This document shows positions 59,530-64,000 of a stretch of DNA of 64,000 nucleotides, piece after piece. A program made the translations under genes and the position numbers. Below the pieces are notes generated by a model. It ran no database searches. It was not told where the DNA came from and saw nothing but the letters and a program-made list of their open reading frames with translations. Source of the DNA: an uncultured Actinomycetes bacterium (lineage in GTDB: Bacteria > Actinomycetota > Thermoleophilia > UBA2241); contig CAVRZA010000001.1 of the NCBI GenBank assembly GCA_963725665.1, positions 288,001 through 352,000 on the forward strand. The letters run 5' to 3'. Every line of letters begins with the position of its first letter. Position 1 is the stretch's first letter.

Positions 59530-60432
59530 ATGAACAAGACGACGGCCGAGATACTGACACAACCAGCCTGCTGGCGACGTGCCGCGGCCGTCGCGGCGAC
59601 GGCGGACGCGGGCGGGGCTCTGCCCGCGGCGGGCGAGCGCATCGCCGTGGTCGGCTGCGGCACGTCGCTCTACGTCGCCCAGGCCTACGCGGCGGCGCGT
59701 GAGGCGGACGGTCTCGGCGTGAGCGACGCCTTCGCCGCTTCCGAGTATCCCGAGGCGCGCTCCTATGGCAAGGTTGTCGCCCTCTCCCGCTCGGGCACGA
59801 CGAGCGAGGTCCTCGCCTTGCTCGCCTCGCTGCCGCAGCGGGAGGCGTCGCTGGTGATCACGGCGGTCGGCGACTCGCCGGCGGCTGCGGCCGCCGGCGA
59901 GTCGCTCGTGCTCGACTTCGCCGACGAGCAGTCGGTCGTGCAGACGCGCTTCGCAACGACCGCGCTGGCGCTGCTGCGAGCCTCACTCGGGCACGACATC
60001 GAGCGCGCGGCCGACGACGCCGCGCGCGCCCTCGACGTCGACCTTCCTCTCCAGCCGGGGTCGGTTTCGCAGGTGACCTTCCTCGGCACAGGCTGGACGG
60101 TGGGCCTGGCCTCCGAAGCGGCGCTCAAGCTGCGCGAGGCCGCGCAGGCGTGGACCGAGTCGTACACCGCCATGGAGTACCGCCACGGGCCGATAGCCAT
60201 CGCCGCGCCGGGGCGCGCCGTCTGGCCGTTCGGCCCTCTGCCGCGCGGCCTCGCCGACGACATCGAGGCGACAGGGGCGACCCTGGTCGACATCGGCGAC
60301 CTCGACCCGATGGCGGCGCTCGTCCTCGCCCAGCGCTTCGCGGTGGCCGAGGCTGAGCACCGCGGACTCGATCCCGATCGGCCGCGCAACCTGACACGGT
60401 CGGTCGTCTTGCCGTTCTTGGAGACGAGGTGA
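59530..60432 (+). CDS. SIS-domain sugar-phosphate isomerase/deaminase (AgaS/GlmD-like)
   Basis: EI.TQP, GCGTS, SRSGTT.E, DE.SVVQTRF.T, EAALKLRE, EYRHGP, G.DPD.PRNLTRSV. Confidence 0.9.
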   Translation: MNKTTAEILTQPACWRRAAAVAATADAGGALPAAGERIAVVGCGTSLYVAQAYAAAREADGLGVSDAFAASEYPEARSYGKVVALSRSGTTSEVLALLASLPQREASLVITAVGDSPAAAAAGESLVLDFADEQSVVQTRFATTALALLRASLGHDIERAADDAARALDVDLPLQPGSVSQVTFLGTGWTVGLASEAALKLREAAQAWTESYTAMEYRHGPIAIAAPGRAVWPFGPLPRGLADDIEATGATLVDIGDLDPMAALVLAQRFAVAEAEHRGLDPDRPRNLTRSVVLPFLETR

Positions 60433-60515
60433 CCGGTTGCGGTCGTCATGAATGCCCGCACTGCGGCACAAGGCTCGTGTACGCTTCAGTCTGAGAGACA
60501 GGGGGAGGTCCCGGG

Positions 60516-61856
60516 ATGAGCATCGCATCGTCACGCAGCGCCGTCGCCAAGGCGCTGGCGCTGGCCACGTTGTTCCTCGCACTTGCCGTCGCAGCGTGCG
60601 GCGGCACCAGCCCAAGCACGACGTCGAGCCCCTCTGGCGGCGCCGCCGCCCTGCCTTCGCCTGGCGGCGGCGGCACGGTGACGCTCTGGCACGGCTACAC
60701 CGACGTTGAACGCACCGCCACCGACGCCTTCGTGGCGAAGTTCAACGCCACGAATGCGGGCTTCACCATGAAGGCCGTGTTCGCCGGCAACAACGACTAC
60801 GCCCTGCAGAAGCTGCTCACCGCTCTCGCCGCCGGCAAGGCGCCGGAGATCTCCTACCAGTACGGCTCCTCGATGGCCAACCTGGCGACCTCGCCCAAGA
60901 TCGTCGACCTCGGTCCCCTCATGGCCGCGACGCCCGACTTCAACTGGGACGACTTCTACCAGGCCGAGCGCCTCGCCACGACGGTGAACGGCAAGGTCAT
61001 CGGGGTGCCCGCCCTTGTCGACAACTTGGCCATCGTTTACAACAAGGCGGTGTTCGACAAGGCCGGGGTCGCTTACCCGACGAAGGACTGGACGTGGACA
61101 GATTTTCGCGCCGCGGCGCAGAAGCTCACCGATCCCGCGACAAAGCAATTCGGATGGGCCTACGTCAACGACGGCAGCGAAGACACGGTGTGGCGCTTCC
61201 TCGCCCTGCTCTGGCAGGCCGGTGGAGACCTCCTGAATGCCGACAACAGCGCCTCGGCCGTCAACAGCCCTCAAGGGCTCAAGGCAATGACCCTCCTGCA
61301 TGACATGGCCGTCACGGACAAGTCGATCTACCTCGACAACGGCAGCGGCAACTACATCAACGTGTTCAACGCCGGCAAGATCGCCATGTTGTGGACAGGT
61401 CCCTGGGATCTTTCGGCGATCAACGCCGGGGTCGACTACGGCGTCGAGATCCTGCCGGCCGACGTGACGCACGCGACCATCGCCGGTCCGGACAACTACG
61501 TGCTCATCGACAACGGGCCACAGCAGGTGGCCAACGCCTGGGACTTCGTGAACTGGTTCTGCTCGCCAGAGGTGCACCTGGCGTACTGCATCGCGACGGG
61601 ACACCTGCCGATCCGCAAGTCGGAGACCAAGCTACCGGCCTACCAGACCTACCTCAAGAAGTACCCGGCCGACGAGATCTTCGTGGCGAACCTGGAGAAC
61701 GTGAGCAAAGCGCGGCCGAACCTGGCGACCTACCCGAAGATCTCAGCGGCGCTGGGGCAGGCGGTGCAGTCGGTGCTGCTCGGCCGGGCGCAGCCGCAGC
61801 AGGCACTGCAGGCCGCGAGTCAGCAGATCGACTCGATCCTGGCGGCCGGCCAGTGA
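60516..61856 (+). CDS. Carbohydrate ABC transporter substrate-binding lipoprotein (CUT1)
   Basis: Lipobox VAAC; YNK.VF..AG...P...WTW.DF, F..GK.AM...GPW. Confidence 0.92.
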   Translation: MSIASSRSAVAKALALATLFLALAVAACGGTSPSTTSSPSGGAAALPSPGGGGTVTLWHGYTDVERTATDAFVAKFNATNAGFTMKAVFAGNNDYALQKLLTALAAGKAPEISYQYGSSMANLATSPKIVDLGPLMAATPDFNWDDFYQAERLATTVNGKVIGVPALVDNLAIVYNKAVFDKAGVAYPTKDWTWTDFRAAAQKLTDPATKQFGWAYVNDGSEDTVWRFLALLWQAGGDLLNADNSASAVNSPQGLKAMTLLHDMAVTDKSIYLDNGSGNYINVFNAGKIAMLWTGPWDLSAINAGVDYGVEILPADVTHATIAGPDNYVLIDNGPQQVANAWDFVNWFCSPEVHLAYCIATGHLPIRKSETKLPAYQTYLKKYPADEIFVANLENVSKARPNLATYPKISAALGQAVQSVLLGRAQPQQALQAASQQIDSILAAGQ

Positions 61857-61911
61857 GAGCGGCCGATGAGGGTTGAGGTCGGGCGGGGCGGGGCGTCACG
61901 ATAGCGGCGAA

Positions 61912-62862
61912 ATGTCTGAAGCGACGCTGAGCCCCACATCTCCCGAGGCCCCAGCGCGGGCCTCGCGCAAGGCCTCACACTGGGAGCGTTTCCTCTCCTC
62001 CGACAGCCTCGCCGGGTGGGGCTTCGCCTCGCCGGCGATGCTGCTCATCGCCGTCTTCGGCATCGCCCCCATCATCTGGTCGGCGGTGCTCTCCTTCCAG
62101 CGCAACAACCTGCTCTCACCCGGAGTCTGGATCGGCTTCAAGAACTACGAGCGTCTCATGCGCGACCCGCTCTTCGCCCACTCGGTGCGGCTCACTGTGC
62201 TCTACACCCTCCTCTTCGTGCCCATCAGCATCGTGCTCTCGCTGCTCTGCGCGGTGGCCCTCAACCGCAAGCTGTGGTTCATCCGCCTCTACCGCACGGC
62301 CATCTTCCTGCCCGTCGTGGCCTCGACGGTCGCCGAGGCGATCCTCTTCCTCTGGCTCTTCGACCCCTACAACGGGATCGCCAACGTCGTCCTGAGCAAG
62401 GTCGGGGTCCCCTCACAGAGCTTCTTCCAGAACCCCTCCCAGGCTCTCTATTGCATCGTTGCCATGACCGTCTGGGGCTGGCTGGGGTTCAGCGTGATCA
62501 TCTACCTGGCCGCGCTCCAGGGGATCCCCAAGGAGCTCGTTGAGGCGGCGGCCATCGACGGTGCCACCCGCTGGCGCATCTTCCGTCGCGTCGAGCTGCC
62601 GCTCCTGGGGCCGACGACCCTGTTCCTGGTGATCTACCTGAGCATCAACGCATTGCAGCTCTTCGACGAGATCTACGTGACGACACGCGGCGGCCCTCTC
62701 AACTCGACCCTCGTCGTCGTCTACTACCTCTACCAGCAGGCGTTCCAGTTCTTCGACGCGGGCTATGCGACGGCGATCGCCTACGTGCTCTTCCTCGGCA
62801 TCCTCGTGCTGACGATCGTGCAGCTGCTCTTCGGCCGCCGCTTCGTCCACTACCGCTCGTAG
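61912..62862 (+). CDS. Carbohydrate ABC transporter permease
   Basis: G..NY, R.AIFLP, YLAALQGIP.EL.EAA.IDGA (EAA motif), GYA.AIA. Confidence 0.92.
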   Translation: MSEATLSPTSPEAPARASRKASHWERFLSSDSLAGWGFASPAMLLIAVFGIAPIIWSAVLSFQRNNLLSPGVWIGFKNYERLMRDPLFAHSVRLTVLYTLLFVPISIVLSLLCAVALNRKLWFIRLYRTAIFLPVVASTVAEAILFLWLFDPYNGIANVVLSKVGVPSQSFFQNPSQALYCIVAMTVWGWLGFSVIIYLAALQGIPKELVEAAAIDGATRWRIFRRVELPLLGPTTLFLVIYLSINALQLFDEIYVTTRGGPLNSTLVVVYYLYQQAFQFFDAGYATAIAYVLFLGILVLTIVQLLFGRRFVHYRS

Positions 62863-62870
62863 GTCGCCCG

Positions 62871-63755
62871 GTGGACGCGGTCGCCAGAAGACAGGAGGTC
62901 GTCCCCCAGCTCGGCTCGCTGCAGGCCGAGGTCAAGCCGGCGCGACGTTGGCGGCCGAGCACCTGGCATCTCTTCCTCGTGCCGATGTCCCTGCTCATGG
63001 CGTTTCCGTTCATCTGGATGGTCATCACCGCGGTCTCGACGCGTGAGGAGACGCGCCAGTTCCCGCCCAGCCTGCCGCACAGCATCCAGTGGCACAACTT
63101 CGTCGATGCCTGGACCGTGGTCCCGTTCGACCGTTGGCTGCTCAACACGACGATCGTGGCCGTGGCCTCGGTGGTGGGCAACCTGGTGTTCTGCAGCATG
63201 GCGGGCTACGCCCTGGCGCGGCTTCGCTTCATCGGCGGCGGCCTCGCCTTCCTCCTCATCCTGGCCACGCTCATGGTGCCCTTCCAGGTCGTGATGATCC
63301 CGACGCTGCTCATCGTGCGCGGCCTGGGGCTGGTCGACACGCTCGGCGCCCTCGTCGTGCCCAACCTGGTGACGCCGTTCGGCATCTTCCTGCTGCGCCA
63401 GTTCTTCAGGACGCTGCCGGTCGAGATCGAGGAGGCGGCGCGCATCGACGGCGCCAGCCGTCTGGGCACACTGGTGAAGATCGTCCTGCCGCAGATGAAG
63501 GCGCCTCTCGCCACCGTGGGCATCATGACGCTGCTGTGGCGCTGGAACGACTTCCTGTGGCCACTGATCGCCATCCAGACAGAGTCGCGCTACACGCTTC
63601 CGCTGGGGCTTGCCTCGTTCCAGGGGGCCCACAACACGAACATCCCGCTGCTCATGGCGGGAACGCTGATGAGCCAGCTGCCGATGCTTGTCGTCTTCAT
63701 CGTCGCGCAGCGCTGGTTCGTGCAATCCCTGGCCTCGTCCGGGATCAAGGGATAG
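62871..63755 (+). CDS. Carbohydrate ABC transporter permease
   Basis: MAGYALAR..F, MVP.QV..IP, LP.EIEEAARIDGA, WNDFLWPL, G.KG terminus. Confidence 0.92.
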   Translation: MDAVARRQEVVPQLGSLQAEVKPARRWRPSTWHLFLVPMSLLMAFPFIWMVITAVSTREETRQFPPSLPHSIQWHNFVDAWTVVPFDRWLLNTTIVAVASVVGNLVFCSMAGYALARLRFIGGGLAFLLILATLMVPFQVVMIPTLLIVRGLGLVDTLGALVVPNLVTPFGIFLLRQFFRTLPVEIEEAARIDGASRLGTLVKIVLPQMKAPLATVGIMTLLWRWNDFLWPLIAIQTESRYTLPLGLASFQGAHNTNIPLLMAGTLMSQLPMLVVFIVAQRWFVQSLASSGIKG

Positions 63756-63812
63756 GCGGATCGAACGATGAGTCGGAGCAGGTAGAGGCGGGAGCGGGGA
63801 ACGGGCAGGAAG

Positions 63813-64000
63813 ATGGCCAGGATCGTCCTCGAGAAGTTGCGCAAGGTCTTCCCCGGCAAGCCACCGACGGTGGCGCTCGAGGGGCTCGACCTGACGATCG
63901 AGGACGGCGAGCTCCTGATCCTCGTAGGCCCGTCGGGGTGTGGCAAGACGACCGCCTTGCGCTGTGTGGCCGGCCTCGAGACGCCGACCTCGGGGCGCAT
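63813..64000 (+). CDS. Sugar ABC transporter ATP-binding protein (MalK/MsmK-like), 3' truncated by window edge
   Basis: [13 protein letters not shown]...[36 protein letters not shown], read directly from the sequence (absent from the ORF track). Confidence 0.9.
   Translation, partial: MARIVLEKLRKVFPGKPPTVALEGLDLTIEDGELLILVGPSGCGKTTALRCVAGLETPTSGR

Overview
High-GC bacterial DNA, probably Actinomycetota (a Thermoleophilia-like anaerobe or facultative anaerobe; inferred from gene content and leaderless-type promoters). Bases 1-24.4 kb form one tightly coupled + strand catabolic operon. In order it encodes: a BMP/Nup-type ABC importer, a pyridoxamine-pyruvate aminotransferase-like enzyme, a 4Fe-4S protein, two tungsten AOR-family oxidoreductases, Zn- and Fe-alcohol dehydrogenases, MoaD, a GntR/UTRA regulator, a UbiD decarboxylase, a PreA-like flavin/Fe-S reductase, a three-subunit xanthine-dehydrogenase-family hydroxylase with selenium-cofactor accessories (YqeC, MocA, XdhC, YqeB), an AmpS/M29-like metallohydrolase and a cupin. 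The enzyme set maps step by step onto an oxygen-independent route for degrading vitamin B6 (pyridoxamine, pyridoxine, pyridoxal). This is my main candidate for an undescribed system, and the substrate assignment is inference. Genes between about 13.4 and 22.5 kb carry many single-base frameshifts, more likely long-read indel errors than decay. The rest of the window holds a 1602-aa PlsAR/Ger-like protein (candidate anaerobic plasmalogen or ether-lipid synthase), a two-component-regulated ApbE/MsrQ-like flavinylation module, CobB, SulP, an MsrP-like molybdoenzyme, a GH3 lipoprotein, and a DeoR-SIS-ABC (amino)sugar locus truncated at the right edge. I found no rRNA, tRNA, CRISPR array or mobile element.
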